The translations under genes and the position numbers were made by a program. Below are positions 1 to 7,106 of a stretch of DNA of 18,134 nucleotides, piece by piece. The notes beneath the pieces are model-generated. The model was not told where the DNA came from. It did not search any database and saw only the letters and a program-made list of their open reading frames with translations. The DNA comes from Meiothermus sp. (GTDB lineage: Bacteria; Deinococcota; Deinococci; Deinococcales; Thermaceae). Location: contig JANRLD010000117.1 in assembly GCA_033762915.1 (NCBI GenBank), forward strand, positions 1 through 18,134. Direction: 5' to 3'. The number at the start of each line of letters is the position of its first letter. The stretch's first letter is position 1.

Positions 1-110
1 TAACAGCGGTTCCCACCATTACGCCTCACGCGGTGATGCGCTGAAGCGGGCGTAATGTACCCCGCACATCCGAGTCTCTGCGTGCGTGGTATTCGTGGGA
101 ACCGCTGTAA
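1..110. mobile_element. Miniature inverted-repeat element (MITE-like), 104-bp body at 4-107 with TAA direct repeats at 1-3 and 108-110
   Basis: ACAGCGGTTCCCAC (3-16) is the exact reverse complement of GTGGGAACCGCTGT (95-108), and the match extends to 18/20. TAA flanks both ends. An internal stem pairs CATTACGCC (17-25) with GGCGTAATG (49-57). There is no coding capacity. Confidence 0.7.
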
Positions 111-205
111 GTTGCGCCAGGGTAGACACAGCGATTACGCAGGTGGTCCCGGCCGCGCCGACCTCCGGGCGCAACGAGGTTGAAACCCGTTGTACGTGAA
201 TGCCT

Positions 206-559
206 TTATCGCGTACAGCTGATCGAGGTCTGGGCGGTCTGACCTGCCCCGAGGGTGTTAACGGCGTTGCCGCTCTCGCACACTTCGCCGTTGGCGGTGA
301 TGGTGAGGACCACGTTGCCCTGCCGGGTTAGCGTCACCCGGGCGCTCACCGCAGTTCCGGCGGGCTGACCAGCCAGGTTAATGGTTTGGGGCAGACTGGC
401 CGGTATGGCGACCTCGGCACCAGAGTTTATCTGGTACGAGGCGCTGTAGCCGCTGCCCGGTATTCCGGTCACGGTGATCACGTAGTTCACTGGGGGTAGG
501 GACTGGCTTGAGCAGGCGGTCAGGAGTATGGTGCCAAGCAGTAGGAAGAATTTTTTCAC
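206..559 (-). CDS. Small hypothetical lipoprotein with a beta-rich mature domain
   Basis: MKKFFLLLGTILLTAC is a basic N-region, hydrophobic H-region and lipobox LTA-C. The mature part has alternating beta-strand patterns and two Cys. GTG start with TAAACT 6 nt upstream. Confidence 0.85.
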   Translation of the reverse strand: MKKFFLLLGTILLTACSSQSLPPVNYVITVTGIPGSGYSASYQINSGAEVAIPASLPQTINLAGQPAGTAVSARVTLTRQGNVVLTITANGEVCESGNAVNTLGAGQTAQTSISCTR

Positions 560-565
560 CGCGCT

Positions 566-571
566 AGTTTA
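566..571 (-). promoter_or_regulatory. -10 hexamer TAAACT of a probable leaderless promoter for the lipoprotein
   Basis: Minus strand reads TAAACT-agcgcg-GTG. No SD is present. This is the TANNNT-near-start arrangement typical of Deinococcus-Thermus. Confidence 0.6.
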
Positions 572-592
572 GCATCCGGGGCTTCGCGGGGG

Positions 593-2206
593 CTAATTCT
601 GGCCCATGGTTCGGACAGAGCCCCTCGAGCGCAGGTCGAGGTCCTGGGCCAGCACCGCCAGCCGGGTCAGCCCTTGGTCGATCTCGTCCAGCACGATCAG
701 CATGTCCAGGTGGGCCAGAGTGGTGGCCTTGCTCTCAGTCCGCCCCGACTCGAGCCGCCGCAGGTGCGCCCGCCGCAGGTCGGTGAGGTGGTGCTCGAGG
801 GCTTCTCGGCCGTGCAGCACGTCACTGGCCAGCTCTTCGTTGCTGGTGGCGAGGGCCGCCAGGGCCAGCTCGAGGCGACGCTTGACTTCGAGGGTGGCCT
901 GGGCCAACTCAGCGCGGCCCTCACGGGAGAACTCGAGGTTTTGGGCGAAAACCTTGGTCTGCTTGCGCAACACCCGGCGTACCTGGTCGCCCATGTGCTC
1001 GATCTCCGAAGCCGCCATCATCAGCATCAGCGGCGACTCGCCGGCGTGGCGCTGCGACAGCTCGCTCAGGTAGAGGACGATTTCGCGGGCGAGTTGATCG
1101 ACCTTGTCCTCCCGCCTGGAAATCTCTTCGGTGTCGTCGCGGCCCTCGGCCAGGTTTTTGGCCGCGTCGCCCAGCATCTCCTTTAGCTGGTCGCCGATGC
1201 GGCAGATCTCGCGCAAGGCCAGGCTGGTGGCTAGGGCCTCGGACTCGAGGGCGGCCCGCGAAAGGTACTTGGGGCTGACCGCGCCTCCTGTGTCGGGGAT
1301 CAGCCGCTGCAGCCAGCGCTGAAGCGGGCCCAGCAGCGGTAGGATGAACAGCGAGGCGGTAAGGTGGTAAAAGGTGTGCCCGTGGGCCACCGCGCTGGCC
1401 TCTGTGCCGCCCAGGCTGCGGGCGATGCCCAGCGCGATGGGGGCCCCGATGGGCATCAGCAAAAGAGCCAACACCGACCACAGCGTTTTCCATCCCAGAT
1501 GCGACCAGGCAATGCGGCGGGCCAGCGGCGAGCCATTCCAGTGGGTGAAGACAAAGATCAGCCCCGAGCCCGCCCCGCCGCCCAGCGTGAGCGCCAGCGC
1601 GGCGGCGATGCTGAGGGCGTTGGAGGCCGCCAGCGCCAGCGCCAGCGCTGCCACTGCGTTGGCCGAGCCCAGGAAGGCCGCCAGCGCGAAGCCCAGAATC
1701 CATAGCCCCAGCGGGGAGGCCTCGAGGCTCTGCCGCAGTACCCGAAACAGCTCGGTCTGAGTGGCCGGCAGCAGGGCCTGAACCATCAGCGAGACCCCCA
1801 GCAGCAGCAGCCCCAGCCCCATCACGGTCTCACCCCAGGGCTTGGTCTGGCGCGGCAGCGAAAGGACGAACCCCACCCCCACCAGCGGGAGCGCATACAC
1901 GCTCAGCGGGGTCGCGGCCAGTTGCAGTGCCAGCGTAGCTCCGGCCTTGGCGGCCAGACCCACCACCAGCCCCGAGGCGAAGCCGGCGATGCCCGAGTCG
2001 GCCAGCCCGATGGCGGTCAGCCCGATAGCGCTGCTGTTGAGCGTGATCGCGCCCCCCATTACCCCGGCCAGCCACGAGCGGCCCGCTGTGGCCGTTGCCC
2101 AGGTGAGCAGCCGCCGCGCCGGGCCGCCCAGCAGGGCACTCAGCGCCCTGGAGAGCAGCCCCAGTCCAAGCATCACCAGGGCCAGGCCGCCGAGGGCGGT
2201 CAGCAT
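593..2206 (-). CDS. Na/Pi-cotransporter family protein (NptA/YjbB-like) with C-terminal PhoU-like helical domain
   Basis: About 300 aa of hydrophobic TM segments with family-like stretches (GETVMGLGLLLLGVSLM, AVAHGHTFYHL). Then SPKYL...ALREICRIG, REDKVDQL, EIEHMGD, QNLEFSREGRAEL and LRRAHLRRL...TLAHLDML, which are typical of the PhoU-like tail of this family. Confidence 0.88.
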   Translation of the reverse strand: MLTALGGLALVMLGLGLLSRALSALLGGPARRLLTWATATAGRSWLAGVMGGAITLNSSAIGLTAIGLADSGIAGFASGLVVGLAAKAGATLALQLAATPLSVYALPLVGVGFVLSLPRQTKPWGETVMGLGLLLLGVSLMVQALLPATQTELFRVLRQSLEASPLGLWILGFALAAFLGSANAVAALALALAASNALSIAAALALTLGGGAGSGLIFVFTHWNGSPLARRIAWSHLGWKTLWSVLALLLMPIGAPIALGIARSLGGTEASAVAHGHTFYHLTASLFILPLLGPLQRWLQRLIPDTGGAVSPKYLSRAALESEALATSLALREICRIGDQLKEMLGDAAKNLAEGRDDTEEISRREDKVDQLAREIVLYLSELSQRHAGESPLMLMMAASEIEHMGDQVRRVLRKQTKVFAQNLEFSREGRAELAQATLEVKRRLELALAALATSNEELASDVLHGREALEHHLTDLRRAHLRRLESGRTESKATTLAHLDMLIVLDEIDQGLTRLAVLAQDLDLRSRGSVRTMGQN

Positions 2207-2207
2207 G

Positions 2208-2615
2208 TCACTCTGGCCTCCACCAGTCCACCCGCAAATTGGGAACCTGGGCGAAGCTCGAGTAGCCCTCGCTGGTGACGAGCGTGAGGCGGTGGGCCAG
2301 GGCCACGGCGGCGGTCATCAGGTCGGTGAGTGGGAGGGAGCGGGGGTCGAAACCCGACTCGTTCCACAGCGCGGCGTACTCCTCCGCCGAGGCGTCGTCA
2401 AACGGCAGGGCCACCAGCGGGGCCAGGAAGTTTTCCACCACCCGCTGATTGTCTTTGGCCCGGTTGGAACGCCGTGCCGCCGAAAGCAGCTCGGCCCGAA
2501 CCACCGCCGGAACCCCGTAGTCGCGGGCGTTTTGTAGCAGAAAGCGCTCTTGAAGGCCGGGCGAGTCGCCTGCCAGGAGTTGGATGCAGATGGAGTAGTC
2601 GAGTGCGTAAATCAA
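2208..2615 (-). CDS. vapC: PIN-domain VapC-family toxin/ribonuclease (divergent)
   Basis: 135 aa. Acidic residues D6, E42, D98 and E116 lie at PIN positions. Motifs LPFDDASAEEYA, DLMTAAVALAHRLTLVT and FAQVPNLRVDWW. The TTG start overlaps the upstream TGA stop (TTGA, 2612-2615). Confidence 0.88.
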   Translation of the reverse strand: MIYALDYSICIQLLAGDSPGLQERFLLQNARDYGVPAVVRAELLSAARRSNRAKDNQRVVENFLAPLVALPFDDASAEEYAALWNESGFDPRSLPLTDLMTAAVALAHRLTLVTSEGYSSFAQVPNLRVDWWRPE

Positions 2616-2857
2616 GGTAAACCCCTAGACCCGGAGCTTGTGGCCGTGGCCGACGGGGAGGGTTCGAAGTCGGCCCTCACCGGGGCCTCACCGCGCCAGC
2701 CGCCCAGCGTGTGCTCGTACCCCTCGGGCCAGGACGGCCCCACCTCCCGCCGCACGATCTCGGCCAGATACCTCGAGACGCTCACGTTCTGAGCCTTGGC
2801 CTTCTGGGTCAGCGCCTCGGCGATCTCCTTGGATACATAGAGGTGTAACTGCGGCAT
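2612..2857 (-). CDS. vapB: Ribbon-helix-helix (CopG-like) antitoxin of a VapBC pair
   Basis: MPQLHLYVSKEIAEALTQKAKAQNVSVSRYLAEIVRREV has the beta-alpha-alpha RHH pattern, followed by a WPEGY...GGW tail. It is directly upstream of and overlaps the PIN gene. Confidence 0.8.
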   Translation of the reverse strand: MPQLHLYVSKEIAEALTQKAKAQNVSVSRYLAEIVRREVGPSWPEGYEHTLGGWRGEAPVRADFEPSPSATATSSGSRGLP

Positions 2858-2910
2858 AGGTGCAAGTCACTATAGCACATAGTCCACATATATCTATAGA
2901 GGTTGAGTTT

Positions 2911-2949
2911 AGTGTATGGGTACAGCGAAAGCTGACAGATAACTGACAC
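2911..2949 (-). promoter_or_regulatory. Pho-box-like 7-4-7 direct repeat (2932-2949) over the -35 region, with -10 hexamer TACACT (2911-2916)
   Basis: Minus strand reads GTGTCAG-TTAT-CTGTCAG (11-bp period), compared with the PhoB consensus CTGTCAT-AWAW-CTGTCAC. TACACT lies 15 nt downstream, pointing at vapB-vapC-Na/Pi. Confidence 0.55.
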
Positions 2950-3286
2950 AATGGACGGGTTCCCTCAGGTCGGCCGGGGAGGGCCATCGATGGGATTGGG
3001 TGGCGGGCCGCTGCGTCGCTTCTGGGCAGATCGAGTCCGTCTTGAACGAGACAAAGCCCGGCTGCAGGGCTCGTAGACAGTGCGCTTTTTGGGGAAGGAT
3101 TCTGGCAGTGTGGTTGCAGGTCGGGTTACTCGAGTCGAACCCAGTTGAACTCACCGGACCCCTGAGGCAGTGTTGGCATTCTGAGCCCCTAGACCTATTT
3201 TCTAAGAGGATTTCGGGGCGGATTTCGAGCAGCCCTCGGGATTGTGACTAGCACACCCGCAGTCCCCGTACATGGGCATAAGACAC

Positions 3287-3328
3287 TTGACAATTCTCTG
3301 ACCGACCTATAGTGTTTGGCTCGAGGAG
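3287..3328 (+). promoter_or_regulatory. Sigma70-type promoter and SD for the ABC substrate-binding gene
   Basis: TTGACA (3287-3292) - 17 nt - TAGTGT (3310-3315), with an overlapping TATAGT at 3308-3313. SD GAGGAG at 3323-3328, 6 nt before ATG 3335. Confidence 0.7.
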
Positions 3329-3334
3329 ACAAAT

Positions 3335-4363
3335 ATGGCAAATAGTGTCTGGCGGTTTACCCGTCTTTTGGTGCTTGTGGCGGCGATAGGTCTGGGTTCG
3401 GCATTGGCCCAGGCCAGGGTGGTCAACGTCATATGCAGCGTCACCCAGAACTGGTGTGAGGCCCTCGGTCCGGCCTTCAAGCAGGCCACCGGAATCGACG
3501 TCCGCATCGTTAGCGTCTCGACCAACGAGGCCCTGGCACGGCTGCGGGCCGAACAGGCCAACCCCACCTTTGATGTCTGGTTCGGCGGGACCGGCGACCC
3601 CCACTACGAAGCCTTCAAGGACGCCATCACAGAGTGGTACAGGGTGCGGGCCTACAACGACCTCTCGGCCAACATGAAGGCCGCCATCGGCACCACCTAC
3701 ATCCCGCTCTACCAGGGCATCCTGGGCTTCGGGGTCAACCCCAAAGTGCTTCAGGAGCGCGGCGCGCCCATGCCCAAGTGCTGGCGGGACCTGTCCAACC
3801 AGGCCTACCGCGGGCTAATCCAGGTCGCCAACCCCAACACCTCCGGCACCGCATACACCATGATTGCCACGTTGGTACAGCTCTTCGGGGAGGATGAGGC
3901 CTTCACCCTGATGCGCAACTTCCACCGCAACGTGGCCGAGTACACGCGAAGCGGCGTTGCCCCCAGAATCGCCCTTGGCCGCGGTGAGATCGGCATCGGG
4001 ATTCAGTTCATGCACGACCTGGTGGAGTTCAAGAAGCAGGGCTTCCCCATCGAGATCGTAGCCCCCTGTGAGGGTACAGGCTACGAGATCGGCGGCATCA
4101 GCCTGGTGCGCGGGGCCAAGAACAAGGCCAACGGGCAGGCCTTCATGGAGTGGGCGGTCTCGCCCGCTGGGCAGGCCGTAGGCTTTAGGGCCGGCATCTT
4201 CTCGCTGCCCTCCAACACCAAGACCACCCTGGTCGAGGGTGTGCCCGACCCCAAAGATTTCAAGCTGATCAACTACGACGCCAAGAAGTTCGGCGACCCC
4301 GACCTCCGCACCCGCCTGATCACCAAGTGGACGCGCGAAATCTTCCCGCTCCCGCGCAGGTAG
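3335..4363 (+). CDS. afuA: ABC transporter substrate-binding protein, AfuA/FbpA-like family, probably binding sugar phosphates
   Basis: Sec signal peptide ending ALA-Q. Family motifs NPTFDVWFGGTGDPH, PKCWRDL, ANPNTSGTAY, QFMHD and PCEGTGYEIGG. Confidence 0.85.
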   Translation: MANSVWRFTRLLVLVAAIGLGSALAQARVVNVICSVTQNWCEALGPAFKQATGIDVRIVSVSTNEALARLRAEQANPTFDVWFGGTGDPHYEAFKDAITEWYRVRAYNDLSANMKAAIGTTYIPLYQGILGFGVNPKVLQERGAPMPKCWRDLSNQAYRGLIQVANPNTSGTAYTMIATLVQLFGEDEAFTLMRNFHRNVAEYTRSGVAPRIALGRGEIGIGIQFMHDLVEFKKQGFPIEIVAPCEGTGYEIGGISLVRGAKNKANGQAFMEWAVSPAGQAVGFRAGIFSLPSNTKTTLVEGVPDPKDFKLINYDAKKFGDPDLRTRLITKWTREIFPLPRR

Positions 4364-4372
4364 GGTAAGCAT

Positions 4373-4414
4373 GAAAACTCGAGCCGATGCTTCAGAGGGT
4401 CGGCTCGAGTTTTC
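4373..4414 (+). terminator. Strong hairpin after the SBP gene (terminator or mRNA-stabilising stem)
   Basis: GAAAACTCGAGCCGA (4373-4387) and TCGGCTCGAGTTTTC (4400-4414) form a perfect 15-bp inverted repeat with a 12-nt loop and a TTTT run at the base. Confidence 0.8.
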
Positions 4415-4786
4415 TCGAGGCGGTTGCGGTGGGTCTTGTCCGGGTCGCCAAAGCGCAGCGTTTAACCGCTGGCATTCCTCACGACGAAAGGAACCTCTTG
4501 TGTCCGGGTCACTCGTACAGAGTCCCCTGCACAGGCGGCAAGCTCGCCATGGATTCCCGGTCGGCAAATAACGCCACCTCAAAATGACCATGGTTGAGTG
4601 CGTTTGAGGGGCTGAATCGGTGGATATTAGACCCAGAGTCTGACGTTTATAACAACAGTTCAGCCAGATTCGTTCCGCCCCGGCCTGCTCAACCGGATTG
4701 AACCGTTATCCTTCCATCCTTTTGCTTATAACGTACGGCGTTTGACGTTCGACGACTTCCCCAGGAAGTCCATCCAAGGAGCCTTC

Positions 4787-7009
4787 ATGGCAGTGTTGAG
4801 ACAACAGTCCGTCCAGAGCCACGCCAACGGGCGCTCTCCCGCGTGGATGGCGGGGCTGGTGGCGCTGGTGAGCCTATTGGCGCTGCCGTGGGGGCGCACC
4901 GACCGGAGCCTGCTCGAGTTCGGCCCCGACCTGCTGGTGTGGGGCCAGGCACCGGTGTTGGGTGGCTTGCTGCTGGCGGTGGTGGTGATCCTGGGGCTCT
5001 CGAGCCTGATGAACCTATCGCTGGTGCTGCGCGGTTATGCGCTGGTGGGGCTGGGCGGCGCGGGGTTCGTTTCGGGCATCGGCTGGCTGATGGCGACCTC
5101 GGTGCCCTTCGGGGTGGGGGCCTTTATTGCGCTGGCCGCCATCCTGGTGATGGTGGGGATTGGGCTGAGCGAGTCCGGCATCATCCAGAACGACCCCTTC
5201 GTGACCAGCAGCATTCTGGTCTGCTCTCTGTTTGTGCTCTTGTTCATCATCTACCCGCTCTTTACGGTGCTCCGCGAGTCGGTGGTGGTGAAGGGCGTGT
5301 TCACCCTCAACAAGATTCAGAGCGTGCTCAGCTCGCCCCTTTTTATCACCATCGAAAACCCCTACACCGACCGCTCCGAGCAGATGATTGTCAACGTCAT
5401 CACCCTGGTGGCTGGGCTTGTGGGGGCGGGTCTGGGCGCGAGGGGCGGTTTGCGCTGGACTCGAGCCCTCTCCGGCCTGGTGGTGGGCCTGGTCCTTGGC
5501 TGGATCGTCAGCGCGGGGATTTTCGGGGGCGGGGCCTTTCCGACCAGCCTCTACCTGGCGATGATCGTCGCGCCCATCACCACGGCCTTGGGTCTGGTCT
5601 TCGCGCTCCTCGAGCAGCGCTCGCGGGCCGGCTGGGTGCGGCGCAGCCTGGCGGTGGTGAGCCTCCTGCCGCTGATCACCCCGCCGTTCGTTTTCGCCTT
5701 CGCGCTCACATACTGGCTGGGCCGCAACGGCATCATCACCAACGACCTTCTGGGCCTCAAGACCAGCTTCCTGTTCGGCCTCAACGGCGTGGCCATCGCG
5801 CAGATTTTCGCCTTCACTCCGGTGGCCTTCCTGATCCTGCGCGGCTCGGTGCAGGGACTGAATGCGGCGCTCGAGGAGGCCTCCTCCACGCTGCGGGCCC
5901 ACCCCTGGCACACCTTCCGCGACATCACCTGGCCCCTCTTGCGCCCCGGTCTGGCGGCAGCGTTTTTGCTGACCATCATCGAGTCGCTCGCCGACTTCGG
6001 CAACCCGCTGCTGCTGGGCGGCGACCGCAACTTTCTGGCAACTGAGGTCTTCCTGGCGCTCACCGGGCGCTACGACCCCAACGAGGCCGCCGTATACGGC
6101 GCGGTGTTGCTGTGCATGGTGCTGACGGTTTTCGGGTTGCAGAAAATGTGGCTGGGCAACACCTCCTTCGTAACCGTGACGGGCAAGCCCGGCGGGGGCA
6201 ACTTCTCGCCGCTGCCGGTGTGGCTCGAGCGCACCTTGCAGACCATCCTGGCGCTGTGGGGCTTGTCGGTGGTGCTGCTGTACTTCTCGATCTTCTTTGG
6301 CTCCTTCGTGCAGATCTGGGGCATCAACAACACCTTCACCCTCAAGCACTACGTTGACCTGGCCAACCTCGGCTTGCCGGTGCTGTTCAAGACCGCCCAG
6401 CTGGCCTTCATCAGTGCGATCATCGCCACGCTGGTGGGTTTCTTGATCGCCTATCTGGTCTCGAGGCAGCAGTTCTTGGGCAAGGGGCTGCTCGAGGTGG
6501 GCTCGATGCTCTCCTTCGCTACCCCCGGCACGGTGATGGGCGTGGCCTATATCCTGGCCTTCAACACCGGCCCGTGGCTGCTCACCGGGACGGGAATCAT
6601 CATCGTCCTGGCGCTGGTGTTCCGCAATATGCCCGCCGCCATCCGCGGGGTGATCTCGGGACTCTCGCAGATTGACAAGAGCCTCGAGGAGGCCTCCACC
6701 CTGCTCCGTGCGCCCTCGAGCACCACCCTCCGCAAGGTCCTGATCCCGCTCCTGATTCCACAGCTCTTGGCGGGTATGGTCTTCGCCTTCGTGCGCGGCA
6801 TGACCGCCATCAGCCAGATCATCTTCCTGATCAGCCCCGGCAACGCGCTCGCCACCGTGCTAATGCTCCGCTGGATCGAGCAGGGCGACCTGGGGCGTGG
6901 GGCGGCGATGGCCACCGTGATGATATTCGGCCTGCTGACGGTGATCCTGATCTTGTTCGCGGTCTCGAGGCGGTTGGGGCGCGGGGGCAGCATGGACGCG
7001 ATGGTTTAG
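4787..7009 (+). CDS. afuB: ABC transporter permease with two fused TM domains (AfuB/FbpB-like)
   Basis: Two EAA loops (LEEASSTLRA, LEEASTLLRA), plus LPLITPPFV, ESLADFGNPL and FATPGTVMG. Start moved from TTG 4742 to ATG 4787 because AAGGAG lies at 4776-4781. Confidence 0.88.
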   Translation: MAVLRQQSVQSHANGRSPAWMAGLVALVSLLALPWGRTDRSLLEFGPDLLVWGQAPVLGGLLLAVVVILGLSSLMNLSLVLRGYALVGLGGAGFVSGIGWLMATSVPFGVGAFIALAAILVMVGIGLSESGIIQNDPFVTSSILVCSLFVLLFIIYPLFTVLRESVVVKGVFTLNKIQSVLSSPLFITIENPYTDRSEQMIVNVITLVAGLVGAGLGARGGLRWTRALSGLVVGLVLGWIVSAGIFGGGAFPTSLYLAMIVAPITTALGLVFALLEQRSRAGWVRRSLAVVSLLPLITPPFVFAFALTYWLGRNGIITNDLLGLKTSFLFGLNGVAIAQIFAFTPVAFLILRGSVQGLNAALEEASSTLRAHPWHTFRDITWPLLRPGLAAAFLLTIIESLADFGNPLLLGGDRNFLATEVFLALTGRYDPNEAAVYGAVLLCMVLTVFGLQKMWLGNTSFVTVTGKPGGGNFSPLPVWLERTLQTILALWGLSVVLLYFSIFFGSFVQIWGINNTFTLKHYVDLANLGLPVLFKTAQLAFISAIIATLVGFLIAYLVSRQQFLGKGLLEVGSMLSFATPGTVMGVAYILAFNTGPWLLTGTGIIIVLALVFRNMPAAIRGVISGLSQIDKSLEEASTLLRAPSSTTLRKVLIPLLIPQLLAGMVFAFVRGMTAISQIIFLISPGNALATVLMLRWIEQGDLGRGAAMATVMIFGLLTVILILFAVSRRLGRGGSMDAMV

Positions 7010-7106
7010 GGGTTCTTCCGAAGGCCCCAGGTTAAACCGGCCCCTTTCCCCAGAACCCCGGCCCCCGATCTTCAACCCGACCCGGACGTTCGCTCAAGGA
7101 GTGAGA

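Noticed and set aside
1628..1650. GCCAGC hexamer tandem repeat
   Set aside because: It simply encodes Ala-Leu repeats in a transmembrane helix.
2909..3251. Small ORFs in the vapB-SBP intergenic region
   Set aside because: No SD or leaderless -10, atypical composition and no recognisable motifs.
4742..4786. TTG start of the permease at 4742
   Set aside because: ATG 4787 has a well-spaced AAGGAG. The same reasoning moved the starts at 7101, 10476 and 12004.
4843..6349. Long alternative-frame ORFs (400 aa plus strand, 444 aa minus strand) and similar shadow ORFs elsewhere
   Set aside because: They overlap well-supported genes and have Arg/Gly/Pro-rich or antisense-type composition, as expected in high-GC DNA.
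7009..7059. 8-bp inverted repeat GGGGTTCT/AGAACCCC between permease and ATPase
   Set aside because: The loop is 35 nt and there is no U-tract, which is too weak to call a terminator.
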